A stretch of DNA of 62,562 nt, filler included, from Sandaracinaceae bacterium (GTDB lineage Bacteria > Myxococcota_A > Polyangia > Polyangiales > JADJQN01): NCBI GenBank assembly GCA_947483975.1. It is 10 parts of 10 records of this genome, joined end to end, with 100 filler letters (N's around TTAATTAATTAA, not from the genome) between each part and the next. Parts side by side here need not be neighbours in the genome. Positions count along the whole stretch, not along the records: positions 18,964 to 25,152 come from CANKOL010000308.1; positions 25,253 to 31,418 come from CANKOL010000309.1; 8 more parts are not named here. One strand, 5' to 3'. Both the position numbers and the translations under genes were made by a program. The notes beneath the pieces are model-generated. The model did not search any database and was not told where the DNA came from. It worked only from the letters and a program-made list of their open reading frames with translations. This document shows positions 19,403-29,680 of the stretch, one piece after another. Positions within the stretch are counted from its first letter, which is position 1, and every line of letters begins with the position of its first letter.

Positions 19403-19960
19403 ATGAGCGTCCAGCTACCCATCCACCAGCCCGGCCTCGCGCTCGTCCGCGGGCCCGACCATGCGTGCGCTGGGGACCCTGCGGCGAGCCACGACAAGCC
19501 GCTCCGCGTCGGGGACCTCGCGCGGCTGACGAACAAGACGGTGCGCGCGCTTCACCTCTATGAGGAGCTGCAGCTGCTCGAGCCGCTCGAGCGCAGCAAG
19601 GGCGGCTTTCGCCTCTACGCGGGCGACTCGGTCACGCGCGTGCGCTTCATCTCGAAGCTGCAGGACCTCGGCTTCTCGCTCGGCGACATTCGCGAGATCG
19701 TGCGCTCCTGGTCGGCGGCGGGCTCAGCCCCCGACGCGATGGCGCGGATGCGCGACCTCTACCGCGCGAAGCTCGAGCACACGCGCGCGCAGGTCGAGCG
19801 CCTCCGCGCCCTCGAGCTCGAGCTCGCGGCGAGCCTCTCGTACCTCGAGACCTGCGACACCTGCGATCCGAATCGCCTCATCGCCTCCTGCTGCTCCTGC
19901 GACAAGCGCGCGACCGACGAAGCCGCCCCCGAGCTCGTCGCCGGCCTCTCCGCACACTGA
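19403..19960 (+). CDS. MerR-family regulator with C-terminal Cys cluster
   Basis: LRVGDLARLTNKTVRALHLYEELQLL...RSKGGFRLY...GFSLGDIRE; tail CDTCDPNRLIASCCSC. Confidence 0.92.
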   Translation: MSVQLPIHQPGLALVRGPDHACAGDPAASHDKPLRVGDLARLTNKTVRALHLYEELQLLEPLERSKGGFRLYAGDSVTRVRFISKLQDLGFSLGDIREIVRSWSAAGSAPDAMARMRDLYRAKLEHTRAQVERLRALELELAASLSYLETCDTCDPNRLIASCCSCDKRATDEAAPELVAGLSAH

Positions 19961-19997
19961 CCCCCAACCGACCCCAGGCACTCAGAGAAGCTGACTC

Positions 19998-21224
19998 ATG
20001 GCGCTCCAACTCCCCATCTACATGGACTATCACGCCACGACTCCCGCGGATCCCCGCGTCGTCGAGGCGATGCTGCCTTATTTCACGCAGAAGTTCGGCA
20101 ATGCCGCGAGCCGCAATCACAGCTTCGGCTGGGTCGCGGAGGAGGCCGTCGAGTACGCGCGCACGCAGGTCGCGACGCTGATCGGGGCCAAGAGCGACAA
20201 GGAGATCGTCTGGACGAGCGGCGCCACCGAGTCGAACAATCTCGCGCTCAAGGGAGTGGCGGAGTTCTACAAGGACAAGGGCAATCACCTCATCACGACG
20301 AAGATCGAGCACAAGGCCGTGCTCGACACCTGCAAGCGCCTCGAGCGTGAGGGCTTCGAGGTCACGTATCTCGACGTCGGCAAAGACGGGCTCGTCGATC
20401 CGGACGACGTGAAGAAGGCCATCACGAGCAAGACGATCCTCGTCTCCGTGATGCTCGCCAACAACGAGGTCGGCACGGTCCAACCGCTCGCCGAGATTGG
20501 CAAACTCACGCGCGCCGCCGGCGTGCTCCTGCACACCGACGCCGTGCAGGGCGTCGGGAAGGTGGAGTTCGACGTCGAAGCGATGAACGTCGACCTCGCC
20601 TCGCTCACCGCGCACAAGATGTACGGCCCCAAGGGCGTCGGCGCGCTCTTCGTGCGGCGCAGCAAGCCGCGCGTGCGCCTCGTCGCGCAGCTGGACGGCG
20701 GCGGACACGAGCGCGGGATGCGCTCCGGCACGCTCAACACGACGGGCATCGTCGGCTTCGGCAAGGCCGCGGAGATCATGACGAGGGAGTGGCGCGACGA
20801 GGCGAAGCGCCTGTTCACGCTGCGCGAGCGCCTGCGCACGAAGCTCTTCGGCGCGCTCGGGGATCTGCACCTCAATGGCGCGGACGACCCGCGCCGGCTG
20901 CCGGGCAACCTCAACATCTCGTTCACCTACGTCGAGGGCGAGGCGATGATGATGGCCATCAAGGACGTCGCCGTCTCGTCGGGCAGCGCCTGCACGAGCG
21001 CGAGCCTCGAGCCGAGCTATGTGCTCCGCGCGATGGGCGTCGGCGAAGAGGACGCGCACTCGTCGATCCGCTTCGGGCTCGGTCGCTTCAACACCGAAGA
21101 AGAGGTCGATTACGTCGCTGAGCTGGTGATTCGGCACGTCCACCGACTCCGCGATATGTCGCCGCTCTGGGAGATGCACCGCGAGGGCATCGACCTCAAG
21201 ACCATCCAATGGGCCGCTCACTGA
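19998..21224 (+). CDS. iscS: cysteine desulfurase IscS
   Basis: [19 protein letters not shown] (PLP lysine), SSGSACTS. Confidence 0.97.
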   Translation: MALQLPIYMDYHATTPADPRVVEAMLPYFTQKFGNAASRNHSFGWVAEEAVEYARTQVATLIGAKSDKEIVWTSGATESNNLALKGVAEFYKDKGNHLITTKIEHKAVLDTCKRLEREGFEVTYLDVGKDGLVDPDDVKKAITSKTILVSVMLANNEVGTVQPLAEIGKLTRAAGVLLHTDAVQGVGKVEFDVEAMNVDLASLTAHKMYGPKGVGALFVRRSKPRVRLVAQLDGGGHERGMRSGTLNTTGIVGFGKAAEIMTREWRDEAKRLFTLRERLRTKLFGALGDLHLNGADDPRRLPGNLNISFTYVEGEAMMMAIKDVAVSSGSACTSASLEPSYVLRAMGVGEEDAHSSIRFGLGRFNTEEEVDYVAELVIRHVHRLRDMSPLWEMHREGIDLKTIQWAAH

Positions 21225-21271
21225 GACGCATCGTCCCCCTTTTGAGCCCCTAGAGAGACCCGAGAGACACC

Positions 21272-21673
21272 ATGGCCTACTCCGACAAAGTCATCGATCA
21301 CTACGAGAATCCCCGCAACGTCGGCACGCTCGACAAGGACGATCCGAGCGTCGGCACGGGGCTCGTCGGCGCGCCCGCGTGCGGCGACGTGATGCGCCTC
21401 CAGCTGAAGATCAACCCCGAGACGGAGATCGTCGAGGACGCGAAGTTCAAGACCTTCGGCTGCGGCAGCGCCATCGCGTCTTCGTCGCTCGTCACCGAGT
21501 GGGTGAAGGGCAAGACGATCGACGAGGCGATGAAGCTGCAAAACACGCAGATCGTCGAAGAATTGAACCTGCCGCCGGTCAAGATTCACTGCTCGGTGCT
21601 GGCGGAGGACGCCATCAAGAGCGCCATCGCCGACTTCAAGTCGAAGAAGGCCGCGCGGGCTGCTGCGAAGTGA
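21272..21673 (+). CDS. iscU: Fe-S scaffold IscU
   Basis: GAPACGDVM, FGCGSAIAS, LPPVKIHCS. Confidence 0.97.
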   Translation: MAYSDKVIDHYENPRNVGTLDKDDPSVGTGLVGAPACGDVMRLQLKINPETEIVEDAKFKTFGCGSAIASSSLVTEWVKGKTIDEAMKLQNTQIVEELNLPPVKIHCSVLAEDAIKSAIADFKSKKAARAAAK

Positions 21674-21687
21674 GCCTCGGAGAAGTC

Positions 21688-22074
21688 ATGGAAACGCAGA
21701 CGAACACCGTGGCAGAGGTCGAGTCGCCGGTCGCCGACGCGACGCCGGGCCGGATCGAGCTGACGCCGAAGGCCGTCGACATGGCCAAGAAGGCGCTGCT
21801 CAAGCGCGGTACACCGGACGCCGGCCTGCGCGTGGGCGTGCGCGGCGGTGGCTGCTCCGGGGCGAGCTACGTGATCGAGTTCGCGGACAAGATTCGGTCG
21901 CGTGATCTCGTGTTCGACTTCGACGGACTCAAGGTCGTCACCGACCCGAAGAGCCTCGTCTATCTGCGCGGCAGCATCCTCGACTACGAGGTCAAGCTGA
22001 TGCAGCACGGCTTCAAGTTCCGTAATCCCAACGAGCGCTCCGCTTGTGGCTGCGGGACCTCGTTCGGGATTTGA
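21688..22074 (+). CDS. iscA: A-type carrier IscA
   Basis: GGGCSG...NPN...CGCGTSF. Confidence 0.95.
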   Translation: METQTNTVAEVESPVADATPGRIELTPKAVDMAKKALLKRGTPDAGLRVGVRGGGCSGASYVIEFADKIRSRDLVFDFDGLKVVTDPKSLVYLRGSILDYEVKLMQHGFKFRNPNERSACGCGTSFGI

Positions 22075-22097
22075 GCGGGCCTGAGGGCAGGATTCAC

Positions 22098-22622
22098 GTG
22101 CAGAATCCCTTCGAGACGCTCGGCTTGCCGCTGCGCTTCGACCTCGAGTCGAGCGAGATCGAGCGTCGGTATCGGGAAGTGCAGCGCGTCGTGCACCCCG
22201 ACAGGCACGTCGGCGCGGCGTCGGGCGCGAGGCGCGCGGCGCTCTCGGGCGCGGTCAGCGCGAGCGAGGCGTATCGCACCGTGCGGGATGAGGTCTCGCG
22301 CGCGGAGGCGCTGCTCGCGGCGCTCGGGCACCGCGCTGCGCCCGCGTCGGCGAACGCCGACCCGGAGCTGCTGATGGCGATGATGGAGCTGCGCGAGACG
22401 CTGCAAGACGCGCGCGCTGCCCACGACGCGCGGGCGGTCGAGGCGCTGCGCCTCCGCGTCGCCACGCTGCGCGACGAGACGCTCGCTGCGCTCCGAGGCG
22501 CGTTCGACGCGCGGAAGCTCGACGACGCGGTCGCGCTCCTCGGTCGGCTGCGCTACTACCGCCGCTTCCTCGACGAGGTCGCCGTCTTCGAGGACGAAGA
22601 CCCGCAACCCAGCGCGCGCTGA
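22098..22622 (+). CDS. hscB: co-chaperone HscB
   Basis: J-domain HPD motif, LMAMMELRE, LRYYRRF; position in operon. Confidence 0.9.
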   Translation: MQNPFETLGLPLRFDLESSEIERRYREVQRVVHPDRHVGAASGARRAALSGAVSASEAYRTVRDEVSRAEALLAALGHRAAPASANADPELLMAMMELRETLQDARAAHDARAVEALRLRVATLRDETLAALRGAFDARKLDDAVALLGRLRYYRRFLDEVAVFEDEDPQPSAR

Positions 22623-22637
22623 CGGATTCGACTCACG

Positions 22638-24620
22638 ATGGCGCTCCTCCAGATCAATGATCCCGCCGCGGCACCGACGCCGATCGGCATCGACCTCGGC
22701 ACCACGAACAGCCTCGTCGCCTACGTGACGACGCTCGGGCGCCCCACGGCCATCCTCGACTGCGACGGCGAGGCGCTCGTGCCCTCCGTCGTGCACTACC
22801 CGGCGTCGGGCGCGGTCGTCGTCGGGCGCGACGCCAAGGACCTCGCCGTCGCGTTTCCGCGCGACACGCTCGTGAGCGTCAAGCGCTTCATGGGGCGCGG
22901 CGCGGGCGACCCAGAGACGCGGCGCCTCGGGCCGTATCGCTTCGTCGGCGACGACGGCCCGGTCGTGCGCTTCGAGGTCGCTGGCGGTCGCGTCATCACG
23001 CCGATCGAGGCGAGCGCCGAGATCCTGCGGACGCTCAAGGAGAACGCCGAGGACGAGCTTGGGCTCGGGCGCGTCGGCGGCGCGGTGATCACGGTGCCTG
23101 CGTACTTCGATGATGCGCAGCGGCAGGCGACGAAGGACGCGGCACGCCTCGCCGGGCTCGAGGTGCTGCGCCTGCTCAACGAGCCGACGGCGGCGGCGCT
23201 CGCGTATGGGCTCGACAGCAAGCAGAACGGCACCTTCGTCGTGTACGACCTCGGCGGCGGGACCTTCGACGTCACCGTGCTCGTGCTCGACGAGGGCGTG
23301 TTTCAGGTGCGCTCGACGGGCGGCGACACGCAGCTAGGCGGCGACGACATGGACCGCGCCGTCGCGCAGCGATTGCTGGTCGCGATGGGTGAAGACCCGG
23401 CCGCGGAGCTCGCGCCGGAGCTCGTGCGCGCGACCCTCGACGCGGCGCGCGCGGCCAAGCACGCGCTCACCGACGCGCCGGAGGTCGAGCTGATGCTCGC
23501 CGCGCCGGGGCGTGATCGAGTGACGGTGCGGCTCACGCGCGCGGAGCTCGAGGAGCTGATTCGCCCGGTCGTCGAGCGGACGGGGCCGACGTGTCGGCGG
23601 GCGCTCCGCGACGCGGGCATCGGGCTCGCTGAGCTCGATGGCGTGATCCTCGTCGGCGGCTCGACGCGCGTGCCGCTCGTGCGTCGCTACGTGGCGGAGC
23701 TCTTCGGCAAGGCGCCGCTCGACAGCATCGATCCCGATCAGGTCGTCGCGCTCGGCGCGGCGGTGCAGGCCGATCTGCTCGCGGGCGCGGGGCCGCGCGA
23801 CGAGGTGCTGCTGCTCGATGTGCTCCCGCTGTCCCTCGGCATCGAGACGATGGGCGGCGTCGTCGAGCGGATCCTGCCGCGCAACAGCGCGATCCCCGCG
23901 GGCGCGCGGCAGACCTTCACGACGTACGCCGATCAGCAGACGGGCTTCGAGCTGCACGTGGTGCAGGGCGAGCGCGACCTCGCCGCCGACTGCCGCTCGC
24001 TCGCGCGCTTCACGCTGCGCGGCATCCCGCCGATGCCCGCGGGGATGGCGCGCCTCGAGCTGACCTTCGAGGTAGACGCTGACGGCCTGCTCTCGGTGAG
24101 CGCGAAGGAGCTGACGACGGGGCTCTCGACGAAGGTCGACGTGAAGCCGAGTTACGGGCTCACCGAGGCGGAGATCGAGCAGATGCTGATCGACGCGTAC
24201 GAGCACGGAGAGGAGGACGTCGCGCGGCGGCACCTCGCCGAGCAGCGCGTCGAGGCCGAGCGCATCTTGGCGGCGACCGAGCAGGCGATGCGCGTCGACG
24301 CCGACCTGCTCGAGGGCGTCGGCGAGCGCGCGATCATCGAGGCGGCGATGGCGGCCCTGCGCGCGGCTGCGGCGGGCGAAGAGCACCACACGATCGCGGT
24401 GTACGTCGAGGCGCTCGACCATGCGGCGAAGGCGTTCGCCGGGCGGCGCATGGACCGCGCGATTCGCCTCGCGCTCAAGGGGCGCCGCGCCGACGAGCTC
24501 GCGGTCGAGACCGATCACGCGCGCGGCATCGAGACGCACCTCGGGCCGCAGCCGGGCGCGGATTCGTCCGCTGAAGCAACTTCCACCGACGAGGCGGGCG
24601 CTGCCCCGCGAGAGACCTGA
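22638..24620 (+). CDS. hscA: Hsp70 chaperone HscA
   Basis: [39 protein letters not shown]. Confidence 0.95.
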   Translation: MALLQINDPAAAPTPIGIDLGTTNSLVAYVTTLGRPTAILDCDGEALVPSVVHYPASGAVVVGRDAKDLAVAFPRDTLVSVKRFMGRGAGDPETRRLGPYRFVGDDGPVVRFEVAGGRVITPIEASAEILRTLKENAEDELGLGRVGGAVITVPAYFDDAQRQATKDAARLAGLEVLRLLNEPTAAALAYGLDSKQNGTFVVYDLGGGTFDVTVLVLDEGVFQVRSTGGDTQLGGDDMDRAVAQRLLVAMGEDPAAELAPELVRATLDAARAAKHALTDAPEVELMLAAPGRDRVTVRLTRAELEELIRPVVERTGPTCRRALRDAGIGLAELDGVILVGGSTRVPLVRRYVAELFGKAPLDSIDPDQVVALGAAVQADLLAGAGPRDEVLLLDVLPLSLGIETMGGVVERILPRNSAIPAGARQTFTTYADQQTGFELHVVQGERDLAADCRSLARFTLRGIPPMPAGMARLELTFEVDADGLLSVSAKELTTGLSTKVDVKPSYGLTEAEIEQMLIDAYEHGEEDVARRHLAEQRVEAERILAATEQAMRVDADLLEGVGERAIIEAAMAALRAAAAGEEHHTIAVYVEALDHAAKAFAGRRMDRAIRLALKGRRADELAVETDHARGIETHLGPQPGADSSAEATSTDEAGAAPRET

Positions 24621-24979
24621 TGCCGCGCGTACGCTTCGTGAAAGAGGGGCTCGAGATCGAGGTCGCGGAGGGCACGACCATCCTCGCAGCGGCCAAGAAG
24701 ATCGGCGCGCCGCAGGGTGATCGCTGCGGCGGGGTGTGCGCTTGCTCGACCTGCCACGTCTACGTGACGCGCGGCTTCGACGCGACGAGCGACCTCGAAG
24801 ACGAGGAGTTCGACGTGCTCGACAAGGCGTTCGACGTGCGCGCGACGAGCCGCCTCGGCTGCCAAGCGAAGGTGCGCGGCGACGTCGACGTCGAGATCAC
24901 CGACGAGAGCTTCCAAGCGTTCCTCGACGAGCACCCGACCGAGCAAGACGCGGCGCGCGCGCTCCGCAAGCCCAGCTAG
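24620..24979 (+). CDS. fdx: ISC [2Fe-2S] ferredoxin
   Basis: CGGVCACSTCH...SRLGCQ. Confidence 0.93.
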   Translation: MPRVRFVKEGLEIEVAEGTTILAAAKKIGAPQGDRCGGVCACSTCHVYVTRGFDATSDLEDEEFDVLDKAFDVRATSRLGCQAKVRGDVDVEITDESFQAFLDEHPTEQDAARALRKPS

Positions 24980-24996
24980 TCGGCGCGAGTCGCCCG

Positions 24997-25152
24997 ATGC
25001 TCACCGCCTTGCGCCGAGCGCTCCTCCTCACGGTGCTCGTGGCACTCGCGGCGGGCACCGCGCTCGCGGCCTGGCGCGTCGCGGTCGAGACAGCGCTCGC
25101 GGACACGGCGCACGTCGGGCTCGTCGGTCCGTGTGCCGCAGCGCTCGCTCAG
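24997..25152 (+). CDS. membrane protein 5' fragment
   Basis: MLTALRRALLLTVLVALAAG..., truncated by contig end. Confidence 0.5.
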
Positions 25153-25252
25153 NNNNNNNNNNNNNNNNNNNNNNNNNNNNNNNNNNNNNNNNNNNNTTAA
25201 TTAATTAANNNNNNNNNNNNNNNNNNNNNNNNNNNNNNNNNNNNNNNNNNNN
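25153..25252. other. artificial contig linker
   Basis: N-run plus TTAATTAATTAA. Confidence 0.98.
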
Positions 25253-25923
25253 ACGACGCGCGCGCGCACGCAGGTGCGCTCACCAGGCTGCACCTGCACG
25301 CGCTCGGGGCGCATCGCGATCCGCGCCGCCGCGCCGGGCGTGCACGCGCGCTCGACAGGCTCCGGCGGCGTGGGCGTCGGCGTCGGCGTGGGCGTCGGCT
25401 CTGCGACCACCGCGCGCATCCGCGAGAAAGACTGCGTCGTCGTGATCGTCGCCGTGCAGCGCGAGGCGTTGAGCGCCCAGTCGTATTCGCTGACGTCTGT
25501 GAACGAGAGCGAGTCGCCGCCGTTCGCCCGCACGGTGTACGTCCCCGTCTCGCCGCGTGAGTCCCCGGGCGGCGTGCGGCAGACCGTGCGCCACGTCCCG
25601 CCCTGCACCGACGTCGAGACCTTGCGCACCGCGCGGTTCTCGCTCCAGCAGCCGTCCGTGCGGGTCACGCGCTGCCCGCGGAAGATCAGGTGATCGCCGT
25701 CCTGCGTCACCTGCACCGAGCCGCCGCCTCCCGACGAGACCGACTGTGGTCGCGGCCCGCAGTCCGCGCCCCAGCTTCGGATCGCGACGTCCATGCGGGA
25801 CGCGCTCGCCCGCCACGCGCCCTCGTAAGGGCCGTCGGCGCGCGCGGGCCACGCGAGCGCGAGCACGAGGAGCGCGGGAGCCGCGCAGGCGAAGGTGAGG
25901 AGTGCCGGCGCGGAGGGGCGCAT
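25253..25923 (-). CDS. secreted hypothetical protein (3' truncated)
   Basis: Signal peptide ending ARA, beta-rich Cys-containing domain, PT-repeat linker. Confidence 0.75.
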
Positions 25924-25972
25924 TCGGGCCGCAGCTTATCAGGAGCGCGCAGGAAGACGACGAACGTGACGG

Positions 25973-26008
25973 AAAACGACGGGCCCGACGAGGTCATCGC
26001 CGGGCCCG
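25973..26008 (-). terminator. intrinsic terminator downstream of etfBA
   Basis: Stem CGGGCCCGACGA / TCGCCGGGCCCG with a short T-run following on the minus strand. Confidence 0.65.
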
Positions 26009-26041
26009 CAGCACGAACTCAGGCTCTCGCCGTGTGCCCGC

Positions 26042-27016
26042 TCAGGCGCGCGCCTTCTTGATCGCCTCGGTCAGCTCCGGGACGGCCTTGAAGAGATCCG
26101 CGACGAGGAAGTAGTCCGCGACCTGCGCGACGGGCGCTTCCTTGTCCTTGTTGATGGCGACGATGACCTTCGAGCCCTTCATGCCCGCGAGGTGCTGAAT
26201 CGCGCCCGAGATGCCGACCGCGATGTAGAGCTTCGGGGCGACGACCTTGCCCGTCTGCCCGATCTGCAGGTCGTTCGCGATGTAGCCCGCGTCGCACGCC
26301 GCGCGGCTCGCGCCCATCGCGCCGCCGAGCGAGTCGACGAGCGGCCCGAGCACGTTCGTGAAGCCGTCCGCGCTCTTGAGCCCGCGCCCGCCCGCGACGA
26401 CGACCGCCGCCTCGCTCAGCTCAGGCCGCGCCGACTTCGCGGTCTGCTCGAGCGAGATGAACTCGATGCGCGCCGCCGCCGCGTCCGCCGCAGCCGCCGC
26501 GTAGTCCTCGACCGGGCTCGCGCCGCCCGAGGGCTGCGCGGGCTCGAACTCCGCCTGCCGCGGCGAGACGACCGCGATCGCCGTCGTCAGCTGCACGAAG
26601 CCGAAGACGTTGCCCGCGTACATCTGCCGCTTGTACGTCAGCGTGCCGCCCTCGACCGAGACGCCGCTGATGTCGCTCGCGACGCCCGCGCCGAGCTTCG
26701 CCGCGACGTGCGGCGCGAGGTCCTTGCCGTAGGTGCTCGCCGTCACGGTGACGACGCCGTAGCCCTTGCCGAGCGCCGCGATCGTCGAGGCGTACTTCTC
26801 CGCGACGTAGCCGCCGTCGATCTGCGTCGCGAAGACCTTGCGCGCGCCGAAGCCCGCGAGGTCCGCCGCCGCAGCCTTCGCGCCGTCGCCGATGGCGAGC
26901 ACGTCGAACGCGCCGCCCGTTCCCGCCGCGATCTGCTTGGCGAGGTTGATGGCGCTGTGCGTCGTCTTGCGCGCCTTGCCGTCGAGCAGCTCTGCGATGA
27001 CCAGAATGTCCGTCAT
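26042..27016 (-). CDS. etfA: electron transfer flavoprotein alpha subunit
   Basis: GGRGLKS, GASRAACDAG, QIGQTGK, GISGAIQHLAG. Confidence 0.96.
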   Translation of the reverse strand: MTDILVIAELLDGKARKTTHSAINLAKQIAAGTGGAFDVLAIGDGAKAAAADLAGFGARKVFATQIDGGYVAEKYASTIAALGKGYGVVTVTASTYGKDLAPHVAAKLGAGVASDISGVSVEGGTLTYKRQMYAGNVFGFVQLTTAIAVVSPRQAEFEPAQPSGGASPVEDYAAAAADAAAARIEFISLEQTAKSARPELSEAAVVVAGGRGLKSADGFTNVLGPLVDSLGGAMGASRAACDAGYIANDLQIGQTGKVVAPKLYIAVGISGAIQHLAGMKGSKVIVAINKDKEAPVAQVADYFLVADLFKAVPELTEAIKKARA

Positions 27017-27054
27017 GGTTCGTTCTCCTGAGTGCGTGTGGGGGGAAAGAACCT

Positions 27055-27888
27055 TCAGAGGACCTTCGCCTCGCTCTTGAGGAGCGCGACGAGCTCGTTG
27101 ACGTCGGCGACGAACTTCGCGCCACCCTTGCGGGCGGGCGGCAGCTCGAACTTCGTGTACTTGGTGGTCGTCGTCACGTCGACGCCGAGCCCCGCGAGCG
27201 GCTGCTCGTCGATGGGCTTCTTCTTGGCGGCCATGATCCCCTTGAGCGAGGCGTAGCGCGCGCCCTCGCCGTAGGCGTGCTCAGCCGGCGTCGCGCCGTT
27301 CTTCACGGAGCCGGGCGCTACGATGCGCAGGTCGACGGTGATGACGCAGGGCGCGGTGATCTTCACCTTGAGCACGCCCGTATCGACCTCGCGGCCGACG
27401 ATGAACGACTTGCCGCCGTCGCTCGTCTCGATCGACGCCGCGAAGGACGCGACCGGCCAGCCGAGCAGCTCGCCGAGGATCTGCCCGGCGGTGTTCGAGT
27501 CGCCGTCGACCGCCTGCTTGCCCATGACGACGACGTCGGGCTGCTCCTTGTCGACGATGGCCTTGAGCGCGCGTGCGACGACGAACGAGTCGAGCGCGTC
27601 GTCCTCCGCGAGGATGTGCACCGCGCGGTCCGCGCCCATCGCCAGCGTCTGCCGGAGCGTCTGCGCGGCGTCCTTACCGCCGATGGACGCGACGATGGTC
27701 TCGCCGAGCCTCTCCGCGGACTTGGCGTTCTCGTTGAGGCGCAGGGCGGCCTCGACGGCGTACTCGTCGAAGGGGTTGATCTTCCACTCGAGGCCATCGG
27801 TGGTGACGCGCGAGCCGTCGGGGGCGACCTTGACCTTGTTGGCGTTCTCGGGGTCTGCGACCCGCTTGACTGGAACGAGGATCTTCAC
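27055..27888 (-). CDS. etfB: electron transfer flavoprotein beta subunit
   Basis: GTG start VKILVPVKRV, INPFDEYAVE, MGADRA, GKQAVDGD, RYASLKGIMAAKKK. Confidence 0.96.
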   Translation of the reverse strand: MKILVPVKRVADPENANKVKVAPDGSRVTTDGLEWKINPFDEYAVEAALRLNENAKSAERLGETIVASIGGKDAAQTLRQTLAMGADRAVHILAEDDALDSFVVARALKAIVDKEQPDVVVMGKQAVDGDSNTAGQILGELLGWPVASFAASIETSDGGKSFIVGREVDTGVLKVKITAPCVITVDLRIVAPGSVKNGATPAEHAYGEGARYASLKGIMAAKKKPIDEQPLAGLGVDVTTTTKYTKFELPPARKGGAKFVADVNELVALLKSEAKVL

Positions 27889-28718
27889 GGTTCCTCCAGG
27901 GAGGTTGGGGAGCGAGGTACGACTGAGCTGGGAGCGGGACGAACTCGAATGCCTTCGAGAAACACGGACGTAATTTGGAGCGCGGCCTTGCTGAGGGTGC
28001 CGGGCTCGGCGCCGCCGAGCGCCCAAGTAAGCGCGACTCCGTCGAGCGCACCAAAGAGAGCGCGCGCGAGGATACGCGGGTGTGCGTCTGCGCGCACGAC
28101 GCCCTCACGCTGCCCGTCGGCGATGACGCTGCCGAGCACCTCGAGGTACTCGACGAAGAGCGGCGTCGCGTACTGCTTCAGCAGCCGCGACGACTGCCGC
28201 AGGTTGACGGTGATGACCTCGGCGAGGTCGCGCTGCCCCTCGAGCAGCCCAAGCTGCAGGCCGACGATGCGGCGCATGCGCTCCTCGAAGGAGGTCGACT
28301 CCGCGATCTCGCGGCGCAGCACCTCGAGCAGCTTCGTGATGCGGTCCTCGAAGATGCAGACGAGGACGTCGTCCTTGTTCTTGAAGTAGAGGTAGATGGT
28401 CCCGTCGGCGACGCCCGCCGCCTGCGCGATCTCGCTGACGCGCGTCGCGTAGAAGCCCTTGCGCGCGAAGACCTTGATGGCGCCGCGCAGGATGCGCTCG
28501 CGCTTGTCGGGTCCGCCGGGCACGCGGCTCTTGTCGGCGGCCCTGTCGGCGGCCTTCTCCGCGCCCTCGTTGGCGACCCTCGCCGCGAGCTTGCGGGCGC
28601 GCGCGCTGGGCTTGCTTGCCTTCGCGGGCTTGGTCGCCGCGAGCGCGACGGACGCCTTCGCAGCCTTGGGCTTGCGCGGCTTCTTCGGCGCGCTGAATGG
28701 CGATTCACCGCTCGACAC
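27885..28718 (-). CDS. TetR/AcrR (FadR-like) regulator
   Basis: KRERILRGAIKVFARKGF...IAQAAGVADGTIYLYFKNK; stop overlaps the etfB start; start position uncertain. Confidence 0.9.
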   Translation of the reverse strand: MSSGESPFSAPKKPRKPKAAKASVALAATKPAKASKPSARARKLAARVANEGAEKAADRAADKSRVPGGPDKRERILRGAIKVFARKGFYATRVSEIAQAAGVADGTIYLYFKNKDDVLVCIFEDRITKLLEVLRREIAESTSFEERMRRIVGLQLGLLEGQRDLAEVITVNLRQSSRLLKQYATPLFVEYLEVLGSVIADGQREGVVRADAHPRILARALFGALDGVALTWALGGAEPGTLSKAALQITSVFLEGIRVRPAPSSVVPRSPTSLEEP

Positions 28719-28816
28719 GCGGCGGGACTATCACGCAGGGTTTCTGCCGTCAACGCGGGGCGTCAATCGGGCGGGCGCCGTTGCCCGCGCGTGGCCTGCG
28801 TATTACCAGCGAAGAC

Positions 28817-29098
28817 ATGGCAGCCAGCGCCGTCGTCACCGTTCGGCTCGAGCCCGCGCTACTCGCCGCGCTCAAGCGCAAGGCGCTCCGTGATGGTCGC
28901 AGCGTGGCGGCGGAGGTGGTGCGCCTCGTGCGCGAGGGCGTGCTCCCGCACGCGCAGACGAGCAGCAAGCCCGCCCGCTCCATGGCTCTGTTCGCCGACT
29001 TCGAGGCGCCGGAGCTCGACGCGCTGCTGCGGCTGCGGCGGCGCTTCTCGCGGCTGCTGCGCCCCAAGGCCGCGCCCAGGCGCTCGAGCGCGCGTTGA
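28817..29098 (+). CDS. ribbon-helix-helix putative antitoxin
   Basis: VVTVRLEPALLAALKRKALRDGRSVAAEVVRLV; overlaps the PIN gene start (TTGA). Confidence 0.75.
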   Translation: MAASAVVTVRLEPALLAALKRKALRDGRSVAAEVVRLVREGVLPHAQTSSKPARSMALFADFEAPELDALLRLRRRFSRLLRPKAAPRRSSAR

Positions 29099-29350
29099 CT
29101 CAGGTCTGCATCGATACGCACGCGCTGATCTGGCATCTGTCGAAGCCGAAGCGCCTCGGCGCGAGCGCGGCCCGCGTTCAGGCTGCTCCCGCTCGACCTG
29201 CCCCGGGCCCTCGAGTTCGCGCTGCTGCGCACGCTCCGTGACCCGTTCGACCGGATGGTCGTCGCCGCCGCCCGCATCGCCGGCGCTCCTCTCCTCACGG
29301 CAGACGCAGTCATCCAATCGAGCGCGCTCGTGCGGACGATCTGGGACCAG
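29095..29350 (+). pseudogene. VapC/PIN toxin with internal deletion and frameshift
   Basis: MTQVCIDTHALIWHLSKPKRLGASAAR, then a frame change near 29175 to FRLLPLD...LRDPFDRMVVAAARIAGAPLLTADAVI...TIWD. The central segment with the catalytic Glu is absent. Confidence 0.85.
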
Positions 29351-29479
29351 GTGACGACCGCACGGTGGAGCGCGCAGTCTCCCGCTCGCGAGTCCCGTGA
29401 TACGTGGCCTTTTCCGCGCCGCTCATCGACAGTCCCGTCATCGCGGTGCGTGTCGGGGCGACCGACGAGAAAGCCCAAG

Positions 29480-29513
29480 ATGACGAAGCGCGGGATGGTG
29501 GGTTGGGCGGTCT
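29480..29513 (+). repeat. orphan copy of the 5' end of the downstream DUF1566 lipoprotein gene
   Basis: ATGACGAAGCGCGGGATGG (19 nt) is identical at 29480 and 29681; tgggttgggcggtc resembles tgggctggtcggtc. Confidence 0.7.
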
Positions 29514-29680
29514 CATATCCGTCGACCGACGCCGCGTATGACCGCTCCCTAGTCGTCCCCTGACGCCGCGCTGGCCGACCGCCGCGCGGTCCACCTCTCT
29601 GTTGCTTGACACTCGCGCGTCGGTCCCCAACCGTGGGCGCTACGTCTGGCGCTCCCGCCGACGGTCTGAGGGAGTCGAGC

